A DNA stretch of 64,000 nucleotides, from NCBI RefSeq assembly GCF_902713615.1, contig NC_052162.1, positions 130,596,653-130,660,652 on the forward strand, given 5' to 3'. The notes below the pieces were generated by a model that ran no database searches, was not told where the DNA came from, and worked only from the letters and a program-made list of their open reading frames with translations. This DNA is from Scyliorhinus canicula. Its lineage: Eukaryota. Numbering within the stretch: the first letter of the stretch is position 1; every line of letters begins with the position of its first letter. The translations under genes and the position numbers were made by a program. Of this stretch, positions 37,100 through 47,689 are shown piece after piece.

Positions 37100-37330
37100 C
37101 TCGCCCGTCCGTGAACTCACCGCCTGCGGATGAGACAAACAAGCCTCTGTCCCTGGACATCATTGTCGCTGCGCATGCTCCGCATCACAATGCTCGGGGA
37201 GTGATTGACGGCGGTTTCGGACCAATAGAATGAGGGGGCGGGACTGGAGGACCGAGCGGGCGTCTTACGGCCAATCGGAGGGAATGAGGGGCGGGGCTGA
37301 GCCCAGATCTCCCTCATTGGCTGAAACTCT
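37100..37330 (-). promoter_or_regulatory. ZF3 CpG promoter and exon 1
   Basis: CCAAT at about 37222 and 37271, GC boxes, GCGCATGC. Homologous to the 14895-15085 repeats. Confidence 0.75.
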
Positions 37331-37711
37331 GCATCATTTTGAAGCTGATTTGTCTCAAACTCCAGGAGAAAACTGGACCTTTCTGTTTGTGGCTTCAAAC
37401 AGATGAAACCCTGTGGGTGTGGAGCAAACATTTCAACATTTGTTACTGAAACATGAACCAATGCACAAACAATTCAAGGGCTGACCTAATAAAATAACAG
37501 GGTAGACAAGGAACGCCACCATTACAACAAAGGAGACTCCCAGATGATAACAGCCAGGAATGTTGGAGAGAAACGTAATACATTAATAATTCAAAACAAC
37601 AAAGTCCATCAAGGAACAACTGATCCCCAAACACACTTACACTGTGTATGGATACAAAGAACAGTGCAGCACAGGAACAGGCCCTTCGGCCCTTCAAGCC
37701 TGGGCCGATCA

Positions 37712-38017
37712 CGTTGATGCACCATCAATTGGACTCGAGTCGTAGTGAAGTTCCAAACAACAGGCTTTAATACGCTAGATGTGAGCCAGGCAGTGGTCGT
37801 ACACAGAAAGGCCAACTGCCAGCCAACACCAGCTCTTGTACCCCGCCTTGTAGGCGGAGCTACCAACCTCTCAGCCAATCGGCGGGGAGTCACATGACCA
37901 GCCACACCCAATTGGCAGAGAGGCACATGACTTGCCTGGGCCAATGGGCAGTGAGGCTGCTGTACCAATGGCAGCCTGGTTCTCTGGTAATATGATCTCT
38001 CTCGCCATACTACCACA
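37712..38017 (-). mobile_element. Solo LTR (Gypsy-like) inside a CR1 tail
   Basis: Ends (c)GTTGATG...TACCACA, multiple CCAAT and CACATGA boxes, interrupts CR1 3' sequence. Confidence 0.6.
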
Positions 38018-38341
38018 CATGTTTCCTATCCAGACCAACCGCCTGTATCCTTCTATACCCCATCTGTTCATGTGTCTATCTAGATAAGTCTTAAAGGTCG
38101 CTAATGTATTTGCTTCAACCACCTCACTTGGCAGTGCATTCCAGGCCACCACCACCCTCTGTGTAAAAAAACTTTCCCCGCACATCTCCACTGAACCTAT
38201 CCCTACTCACCACGAACTTGTGCCCCCTTGTAATTGTCATTTCCACACTGGGAAACAGCCTCCAACTGTTCACCCAGTCTACCCTTATAATTTTATAAAC
38301 TTCTATCAGGTCGCCCCTCAGCCTCTGTCTTTCTAGGGAGA

Positions 38342-38508
38342 GCACAGTAAGAAGTCTTACAACACCAGGTTAAAGTCCAACAGGTTTGTTTCAAACACGA
38401 GCCGTGCTCCGAAAGCTCGTGTTTGAAACAAACCTGTTGGACTTTAACCTGGTGTTGTAAGACTTCTTACTGTGCTCACCCCAGTCCAACGCCGGCATCT
38501 CCACATCA
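38342..38508. mobile_element. Penelope-derived fold-back element 2
   Basis: Perfect 63-bp arms (38340-38402 / 38415-38477), 12-nt loop, 31-nt unpaired tail. 12-bp TSD tttctagggaga at 38330-38341 and 38509-38520. Confidence 0.9.
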
Positions 38509-38534
38509 TTTCTAGGGAGAACTATCCCTAGAAT

Positions 38535-39041
38535 CAGTAGCTAGTGGTGTCCTTCAGGGATCCGTGTTGGGCCCACAATTGTTCACAATTTACATAGATG
38601 ATTTGGAGTTGGGGACCAAGGGCAATGTGTCCAAGTTTGCAGATGACACTAAGATAAGTGGTAAAGCGAAAAGTGCAGAGGATACTGGAAGTCTGCAGAG
38701 GGATTTGGATAGGTTAAGTGAATGGGCTAGGGTCTGGCAGATGGAATACAATGTTGACAATGTGAGGTTATCCATTTTGGTAGGAATAACAGCAAACAAG
38801 ATTATTATTTAAATGATAAAATATTAAAGCATGCTGCTGTGCAGAGAGACATGGTGTGCTAGTGCATGAGTCACAGAAAGTTGGTTTACAGGTGCACAGG
38901 TGATTAAGAAGGCAAATGGAATTTTGTCCTTCATTGCTCTAGGGATGGAGTCTAAGACTAGGGAGGTTATGCTGCAATTGTATAAGGTGCTAGTGAGGCC
39001 ACACCTGGAGTATTGTGTTCAGTTTTGGTCTCCTTACTTGA
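38535..39041 (+). mobile_element. CR1 RT fragment
   Basis: LGPQLFTIYIDDL..KFADDTK. Confidence 0.85.
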
Positions 39042-39348
39042 GACAGACCCAGACATGAGGAGCAGGAAGAAGCTCAGAGGAATGCCAGCTGGCAGGAATT
39101 CCTCGGACCTTGGGGGGGGAGGGGTGTAATGAATTCCAATTGGCTTTATTGGTTGGCCAATTGGAGTATGAGCTCCCTCAATGATAGCTCATTGAGGGGG
39201 CCCATATAAGCACCTGTGTAGGCTTTGTGAGCCAGTCTTAAGTTGACTGGACTGCTAGCAGCACTGTTTGTAGCTGCTCCTGTAATATCGTTATTGTAAA
39301 TAAATATTGGTGTGGTGATGGAACTACTGCCTCCCGTGGATTACTACA
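39042..39348 (+). mobile_element. LTR retrotransposon 3' end: polypurine tract and 224-bp LTR
   Basis: Purine run immediately before TGTAATGAAT (39125)...ATTACTACA (39348), with TATA-like catataag and AATAAA inside. Confidence 0.75.
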
Positions 39349-39919
39349 CCTGCGCTACTGAATTATGATACCTTTTGTATCCGGGTCATCCCAGCAACCA
39401 CATGACCTGGTCCACAAGACTGACAGTATTTCAGAACTGATTCCTGTGAACTATCAGTTTGTTATATCGATTGAAGTATTTAAAGTTGGATAATAATGTA
39501 CACAAGGAATTTGTGAACTATCTGAGGATATTTGTGACAGGAAAGGAAGGGAGCTGGAAAGCAGCAGACTTTTCATATTGTTTAAAGGATGGGAGTGGAC
39601 GGTTGTGCAGATGTCAGCTTTTACCAGGGCTCGTACACACAGACACATATGGAGATACTTCCTGTCCGATAAGGGTGACGACATTTTGCTTCACACCAAC
39701 CAACCAGACTAATACTGGGAATAAGGGGCACAATGTTCCAGAAATTCAAGTAAACATCAGATGGGGAAGACACAAATCATTCTTATAACTTTATTAAACA
39801 GTGTGTAAAGGCACTTTTACACATTAAAACTAAGCATCTGCAGTCGAGGTTTGTTTCAGTAAGTCATATTCAGGGTAAGCTTAGAACCAGAGGGCACTTA
39901 TTTAAGGTCATTATAAAAA

Positions 39920-40118
39920 GATGTGGATATGCCGGCGTTGGACTGGGGTGAGCACAGTAATAAGTCTTACAACACCAGGTTAAAGTCCAACAGGTTTGTT
40001 TCAAATCATTAGCTTTCGGAGCACTGCTCCTTCCTTCACCTGAGAAGGAGCAGTGCTCCGAAAGCTAATGATTTGAAACAAACCTGTTGGACTTTAACCT
40101 GGTGTTGTAAGACTTCTT
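39920..40118. mobile_element. Penelope-derived fold-back element 3
   Basis: About 75-bp arms, tail on the left. 10-bp TSD attataaaaa at 39910-39919 and 40119-40128. Confidence 0.88.
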
Positions 40119-41139
40119 ATTATAAAAATAAACAATTGTGATGTGAGGAACAAAATGATATGCTGCATCATGGAAATCACGGCCTGAAAATGTGGTGGAG
40201 GCAGACTCAAGTGAGGCCTTAAAAAGAAAATTGGACAATTCTCTGAATAGGAAAAACATCTACAGCTTTATTGCCAATGAAATGGAAGTGGGTTCAATTC
40301 TGGTCTTGGGTCATTGTCTGTGCGGTGTTTGCATGTTCTCCCCATGTCTGCATGGGTTTCCTGCTGGTGCTCCGATTTCCTCCCACAGTCCAAAGATTAG
40401 GTGGATTAGCCGTGCTAAAAAAGTTCTCTTTAGTGTTGAAAGATTAGGTGGTTACGGGGAGGGGGGTGGGGGAATGGGCGTCGGTGGGGTGCAGACCCGA
40501 TTGGCTGAATGGCCTCTAGGGATTCTTCGGAATCTATGGATTCATGAGTTGTTCTTGTAAAAAGTTAGCCAATATATGATTTTTCGAATGCCTTCAAACT
40601 GTGTTGTAACTTTTCTATTCCACGGTGATATAAGGGAAATGCAGTGTACCTGCAATGCAGGTTATTCCCCCGCTAGAATTGAAACCCTGGGCCCCAATGA
40701 CTGGGTGATGGACAGTCTGAGCTGAGCACTGAAGGCTAATAAAGGTGAAGCAGATGTTAAAATGCTCGGAGCTAAAAGAGATCTGGACTGGAGGGAGCGG
40801 GTTAATAAACCTACGGATCTATGGCTTGCACGAACATGGAGTGTGACCCAAGTCACAATTATGTACAGTAAACAAATATATCACTGATTTTAATGTGATG
40901 CTTTCCTTGTCCCCTCTCTTTAAACATTGGCTATAAACGGGTGGATTCTCAGGCTGCTGGCTGCCCCTGTGTAAGTGATATCCTATTAGATTGATGTGCT
41001 TCTGTATTTAAAAAATATATATAAACCCTCAATTTGCTTCGTGTCCATTATCCTCTTTCTCCGGGGATCTTCCATTTTACCAACTGGAAAAAGTTTTTCA
41101 AGCTCACGAATTGCTCTCAATGGCAGTTGCTTTTCCCAG

Positions 41140-41620
41140 AACCCCCCGCGCTGCAGAAAGCCCCCTGTCAATCAGTCTGGGAGTCCAGTGCGCAAGTGCA
41201 GCGTGGGTGTATGCTCTGAGCATGCTCAGTGTCAGTCATGGCGAGAGAGTGAGGCGGAGCGGACGGTCCGGGAGGAGGTTGTGGGCGCAGGGTAGGAATG
41301 GAAACCGCGGCTGCACTGCAAACTTCATTAACTTCTGGGTAGGCCTGAGGCACCGAAAAAAGCGGCCGTGTTTACCCCTGCCGGCTACCCGCGGTGACAG
41401 GCCGGGGGGGGGGGGGGGGGGGAGCGGGCTCACTGGCCGCCATCTTGCGGGTGGGAGTCAAGGAGGCGGGGCTTCCGCCCCGGTGACAGGCCCGGGTTAC
41501 CCAGGTAACCGGCCGCCGCCATCTTGCGAGTGGGAGTCAGGGAGGCGGGGCTTCCTCCCCCGTGACAGGCCCGGGTTACCCAGGCAACCGGCCACCGCCA
41601 TCTTGGACAGGGCTCAGGTC
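41140..41620 (+). promoter_or_regulatory. ZF4 CpG promoter, exon 1 and intronic 79-bp YY1/GC-box/RFX tandem repeat
   Basis: Donor G|GTAGGA at 41292. CCGCCATCTTG at 41437, 41516, 41595. X-box-like gttacccaggYaac twice. Confidence 0.75.
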
Positions 41621-42044
41621 GTTCCCATGAGGGACTGGGATTGACAGGTTTGGGGAAAGGATATTCCAGAGAAACTAGAATTGTCTGTTCTCAATTTCTA
41701 TCCTGTACTTACAGAAATGACTCTTTTCAAATCCTTTTCTAGGGGAGGATCAAATCAAACGCCACGTCAAAATCTGGCAGATTCATCAGGAGCGGAATAT
41801 CAGCGGTCTTTGAATGTGGAAGGAGAAATGTTTGACGATTCTGTCTGTGGGAAAATATTTCTAACAACAGCGTGACTGGAAAAGCACCGAGACACACACA
41901 CACGTGAGAGTGTTCTAGTGAAGTGACTGTAGAAAGAGCTCTAACCAATTACACAGTCTCAAAACTCATCACCATTCACACTGGGGATAAACTGTACATG
42001 TGCTCTGTGTGAGGAGGAAGCTTCAACTGATCAACAGCCGCAGC

Positions 42045-43457
42045 ATGGAGAAACTGTGGAAATGTGAAGACTGTGGGAAGAAATTCAATTATCCATCCCG
42101 GCTGGAATACCATCGACGCAGTCACACTGGATCCAACACCACAGAGAGACCATGGAAATGTGGGGATTGTGGTAAAGGATTCCATTATCCATGTCTACTG
42201 GAAATACATCGACGCAACCACACCGGGGAGAAGCCATTCACCTGCTCCATATGTGGGAAGGGCTTTACTCAGTCTTCCGGGCTGTTGTCACATCAACGAG
42301 ATCACACTGGGGAGAGGCCATTCACTTGCTCCGTTTGTGGGAAGGGCTTTACTCGGCTATCAGCTCTCTTAACACACCAGAGAAATCACACTGGAGAGAA
42401 GCCGTTCAGCTGCACTTCCTGTGGAAAGAAGTTCAGGTCTTCATCCAACCTCAGTGCACACAAGCGTGTTCACACTGGGGAGAAACCATTCACCTGCTCC
42501 GAGTGTGGGATGGGATTCACTCAGTCAACCAGCCTGGTGGTACACAAGAGAATTCACACTGAGGAGAAGCCATTCAGCTGCACCTTCTGTGGAAAGAGCT
42601 TCAGGCAGTCATCAACACTCGCTGCACACCAACGCACTCACACTGGAGAGAAGCCATTCACTTGCCCTGTTTGTGGGAAGGGATTTACTCAGTCAGCCAG
42701 CCTCAAGTTGCACCAGCCAATTCACACTGGAGAGAAGCCATTCAGCTGCACTCATTGTGGAAAGAGTTTCGGTCAATCTTCTGACCTCACTGCACACCAG
42801 CGAATTCACACTGGGGAGAGGCCGTTCATCTGCTCCATATGTGGGAAGGGATTCACTCAGTCATCTGGCCTTTGGTCACACCAACGAGTTCACACTGGGG
42901 AGAAGCCGTTCAGCTGCACCACCTGTGGAAAGAGTTTTGGGCAGTCTTCCGACCTCACTTCACACCAACGAATTCACACCGGGGAAAGGCCCTTCACCTG
43001 TTCCATTTGTGGGAAAGGATTCACAAAGTCATCCGGCCTTTGGTCACACCAGCGAGTTCACACTGGGGAGAAGCCATTTTGCTGCACTTCCTGTGGGAAG
43101 AGTTTCAGATCGTCATCTGAACTCGTTGTACACCAGCGAGTTCACACCGGGGAGAGGCCATTCACCTGCTCTGTGTGTGGGAAGGGATTCATAACGTCTG
43201 CCAACTGCCTGGTACACCAGCGAATTCACACCGAGGAGAATCCATTCAAATGCACTCAGTGTGGAAAGAGCTTCAGACAGTCATCCACCCTCAAAGCACA
43301 CCAGCGAATTCACACTGGAGAGAGACTGTTCAGCTGCTCCGTGTGTGGGAAGGGGTTCCCTTGGTCATCCCAACTCGTGACACATCAGCGAGTTCATAAA
43401 CGACCGCAGGATTTGGATTCTGCTGTTAGTGCTGCTGTTAATCACACCCAGGATTGA
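42045..43457 (+). CDS. ZF4: tandem C2H2 zinc-finger protein, 16 fingers
   Basis: Acceptor ttttctag|G at 41742/41743. ATG (agcATGG) at 42045. Uninterrupted fingers. Confidence 0.92.
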   Translation: MEKLWKCEDCGKKFNYPSRLEYHRRSHTGSNTTERPWKCGDCGKGFHYPCLLEIHRRNHTGEKPFTCSICGKGFTQSSGLLSHQRDHTGERPFTCSVCGKGFTRLSALLTHQRNHTGEKPFSCTSCGKKFRSSSNLSAHKRVHTGEKPFTCSECGMGFTQSTSLVVHKRIHTEEKPFSCTFCGKSFRQSSTLAAHQRTHTGEKPFTCPVCGKGFTQSASLKLHQPIHTGEKPFSCTHCGKSFGQSSDLTAHQRIHTGERPFICSICGKGFTQSSGLWSHQRVHTGEKPFSCTTCGKSFGQSSDLTSHQRIHTGERPFTCSICGKGFTKSSGLWSHQRVHTGEKPFCCTSCGKSFRSSSELVVHQRVHTGERPFTCSVCGKGFITSANCLVHQRIHTEENPFKCTQCGKSFRQSSTLKAHQRIHTGERLFSCSVCGKGFPWSSQLVTHQRVHKRPQDLDSAVSAAVNHTQD

Positions 43458-44689
43458 TGTTCTGACAATATCTTAACAACATCTTTAACTGGCTGGAGTT
43501 TAATATTAAGCAGATATAAAAGAACAAGGGATTCATTATATGGGATCAATCCAAGAAATTAATTAAAAAATGACTATTCAGGAAAAGCTACAGACGGGTG
43601 GCGCAGTGGTTATCACTGCAGCCTCACAGCGCCGAGGATCCAGGTTCGATCCCGGCTCTGGGTCACTGTCCGTGTGGAGTTTGCACATTCTCCCCGTCTT
43701 TTCATGGGTTTCGCCCCAACAACCCAAAGATGTGCAGGGTAGTGGATTGGCCAAGCTAAATTGCCCTTTAATTGGAAAAAATGAATTGGGGACTCTAAAG
43801 TTATGGGGGTGAAAAGCACTGATGCCTCATAGTGCCGAGGACCCAGGTCACGTTTCGTGTGGAATTTGCACATTCTCCCCATGTTTGTGTGAGTCTCACC
43901 CCCACAACCCAAAGATGTATAGGGTAGGTGGATTGGCCACGCTAAATTGCCCCTTAATTGGATTTTTAAAAAATAAATAAGAAAAAGCATTCCTCTCAGA
44001 CCAAAGTTGGCCAAACATATACACGGCCAACTCTCTTCATATTAATGTGACATTGCTAATAAAGATTCCGCACATCTTGAGCCACTACCCTAAGGGTTCT
44101 TACAATGACAACTAGCACCAAAGAGTTTAATAATGACAACTCGCACTAAATTACAATGTGAATTCAGATAAGTAAAACCACAATAAGATCAAGGAATGCA
44201 AGGCCCTCAAGTCTTATTATCATACTGGATTCATTAGTTTGACCAACATAACACAATCCTAGTTTTTGGAGAATAAATTCAGAAAAACATTTCTTAGAAG
44301 TTGAATAGGGTAACCTTATTAAAATAGTCATGTCTTCTCACCGAATATGGGATGATGATTAAGGATGGTCTATTATTGAGCAAATGACTGACTTCCACAC
44401 CATCTTTCAATTACACACATCAAAATATTCATTTTGGAGCATCACGGTGACACAGTGGTTAGCACAACTGCCTCACGGCGCTGATGACCCGGATTCGATC
44501 CCGGCCACGGGTCACTGCCTGTGTCGAGTTTGCACATTCTCTGTGTCTGCATGGGTTTCACCCCCAAAACCCAAAGATGTGCAGGCTTGGTGGATTGGCC
44601 GCACTAAATTGCGCCTTAATTGGAAAAGAATAATTGGGTACTCTAAAGTACCATTTTAAACAAAAAATTCATTTTAAATATTTCCACTT

Positions 44690-46924
44690 GACTTCCGGTG
44701 GCGGCCATTGTCTGATCGGTCGCACACGAGGTGGCTCCTCCTTGGAGGTTTTCGTCCTTTCTGCCCATTTCATAGATGATTTTTTTTGTGGATAAGGTGT
44801 GAGGAGGGTGGAGTGGTGATTGTTTCTCCCCCAGATTGAAATGACGGCAGGGTTTCAAACCTGGTTAAAGTCAGTGAAAGCCCTGGCTCAGGATTTGGAG
44901 GATACTCGTGGTGCAAAAGATAGCGGGGAGGTGGGGGAAGGATCGTCGTTGGCCGGCACACTGCCTGTGAAGCAATTGATGAGCTTTATGAAAGAGGGAT
45001 TTCAGTAGCGATGAAAGGAGATGCAGGGAGACAGGTCGAGAGCGATTGAGGAGGCAGTAGCATCACTTTGCGGGACACTGGATCGGGTGGAGAAGCTGTT
45101 AGAAGCGCAAGGGTGATGTCGGACCAGAGTGACCGGATCTTGTCGGTGGAGGTGGCAATCCTGGGTGAGGCCTGTAAAGTGCTGCATGCGAGGGTGGATG
45201 ACCAGGAGAATCGGTCTAGGCGGTAGAATCTGTGTATCGTGTGCCTGCCGGAAGGGGTGAAGGGAACGAATTCCATGGGCTACGTCGCAAAGATGTTTGA
45301 GAAGTTGGCGGAGGAGAGGATCTTCGACAAGGCCCCGGAGGTCGATCCTGCCCACCAATCCTTGAGGCAGAGGATGTGGGCTGTGTATCGCCTTGGATGG
45401 TGATTGTCCGTATGAATAAATTCCAGGACAAAGAAAAGATTCTGAGGTGGGCCAGGATGAGTCGGGGAAAGGAATTAGGTCTGGATCTATCAGGACATTG
45501 TTCCCGACCTGGCCAAGAGGCAGGTTCAATAGCGGGCAGATTCAATAAGGCCAAGGGAGCGCTCCTCTGGAGCAAGGTTAGGTTTGGGGTGCTGTACCTG
45601 GCCAAACTTTGGATACTTTCAAGGGCTGGGAACGTTATTTCTTGATGCCGGAGGAGGTGAATGACCTTATTAAGGAGCATGGGTTGGGGAGGACTAAGGA
45701 GGAGACTTTTGTACCTTCTGTAATGTTTATGGCTTGTTACGTTTGTGTTTATGCTGATTATTGATCGTAATTGATATTTTGGTGTATGTGGTTTTTTTTC
45801 CAGTTATTATTAGGAATGTTTTATGTACATGGGATTTGGGCGATGTGGTTGGTTGTTTGGTTTGCATAAGGGGGACTTGGGGAAGGGATGTTATGGTGCA
45901 AGCAGAGTGGGGGGTGGGTAGGTCGGAGAGTTAGTTGGAGCCTTTTGTTTGGGTTTCAGATGGGAGTCGCCAAGCTAGCAGAATATGCCAGTGAACAGAA
46001 GCAGTGTGGGGGGGCGGGGGGCAGGGACTGTGGGGAGTGCCCTGAGTGGAGGTGGGGAGGTGACGGGGGGGGGGGGGGGGGGGGAGATTGGGGGAGGAAG
46101 AGAGTAAGAGAGTAATGCACGTGGCTTGTCGGTTGAGTTAGATGAGGATAGAGGAGGCAAACATTTTGGATGGGCCCAGGTTAGCGAGGGGACGGACATT
46201 TGGGTGAGACAATGATGGCGGACCTTCGTAAAGGGGGAGGGTAGAAACCCCCAGTGAGGATTGTAACATGGGCTGTACATGGGTTAAATGGTCCAATTAA
46301 ACGGTCCTGGATGTTTGCGCACCTAAAGAGTCTGAGGGCAGATGTGATTTTCCTGCAGGAAACACATCTACGGATGAAAGATCAGATGTGGATAAGGAAG
46401 GGTTGGGTGGAGCAAACGTTCCACTTGGGGCTTGATTCAAAGTCGAGGGGGGTTGCGATCCATAGAAATAGAGTCGAGAGGCAGAGGTTGTTGGACGTTA
46501 TTGTGGAGGTGGATCGCTGATACCCGATGGCTCAGACTCGGGAATTGCTGGCGGAAAGGGAGAAATTGCAGGGCCGGTTTGATCAGTTGACAATGGAGAA
46601 GGCAGTGGGCCAGCTACACTGGTTAAGTGAGTACAGTATGAGTATGGGAAGAAGGCTAGTCGCCTGCTAGCCCATCAATTGAGGCAGGAGCAAGGGAAAT
46701 TGTTCAGGTGAGGGCAGCAGGGGGGGAAGTTGGTGACGGAGCCAGAGGAAATAAATTAGAGGGCTTTTATCGAGAACTCTATAGGTCCAAAACTATGGGG
46801 GAGGAGGCAGACATGGGACGGTGAGGGATTTAAAGGGGGAAAAATGAACAAACTATATGTACCATGTTTATTTTGAGATATGTGTTTGACTGTGTTTAGA
46901 ATAAAATATATTTTAAAAAATAAA
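44690..46924 (+). mobile_element. Internally deleted L1/Tx1-like element with both termini
   Basis: 5' end gacttccggtggcggccat, decayed ORF1 (ENRSR.NL.IV.LPEG), EN start (RIVTW.V.GLN..DVIFLQETHL), A tail. 15-bp TSD taaatatttccactt at 44675-44689 and 46925-46939. Confidence 0.88.
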
Positions 46925-47689
46925 TAAATATTTCCACTTAATTTGAATTATTAGATTTGGTTAGGGGAGAGTTTTGGTAACGTGAGATCAGTCCTGAACC
47001 TAACAGGGATCAAGGTAATATTACTGTGATGTATGATGGACGTTCAAGTTCTCTCTTAAAGTCTACTATTTGTATCAAGTAAACGTTTGTGATTCTCTCA
47101 TAGAAATAAGAATTAGTTTTCTTTTCAGGCTATTATTGCAATTTACACACTTTGTATAACCACCAAGTTGCATGCTTTTCATAATAACATAGAAATTAGG
47201 AGTAAGAAGAGGCCATTTGGCCCATCGAATCAGCTCCGCCATTTATTATGATTACGGCTGATCAGCCAACTCAATAGCCTGATTCTGCTTTCCCCCATAT
47301 CCTTGTATTCCCTTCACCCTAATTGCTCTACCTAACTGTTTCTTGAAAACATGCAATGTTTTAGCCTCAACTGCTTCCTGTGGTAACAAATTCCAAAGGC
47401 TGGGTGAAGAAATTTTTCCTCATCTCTGTGCTAAATGGTTCATATCTTCAGACTGTGAAACCTGGTTCTGGACACCCCCACCAACGGGAACATCCTTCCT
47501 GCATCTACCCTGTCTAGTCCTGTTAAAATTTAATAATAATAATCTCTATTTATTTTTTAAAAATAATTTAGAGTACCCAATTATTCCCTGATGCAAACAA
47601 AAATATCCCAAACTTGTTGCATAAGTGCGAACACTTGCTGTACAACAATCTAATCTAGTCAATAAACCCCGGCTCAAAACCAGCAAATT

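Noticed and set aside
36445-37138. Multiple overlapping Cys/Ala-rich ORFs
   Set aside because: By-product of the GC-rich tandem motif array, whose unit lengths are not consistent multiples of 3.
38342-38508. Fold-back elements as DNA-transposon MITEs or pre-miRNA genes
   Set aside because: Asymmetric tail, variable TSD length and identity to the Penelope 3' end indicate retroelement origin.
39350-39900. Possible coding exon in unique sequence between ZF3 and ZF4
   Set aside because: Short open frames with no recognisable motif or convincing splice pair.
42064-43399. Alternative-frame ORFs over ZF exons ([12 protein letters not shown] / SHWGEA repeats)
   Set aside because: Standard shadow frames of C2H2 arrays.
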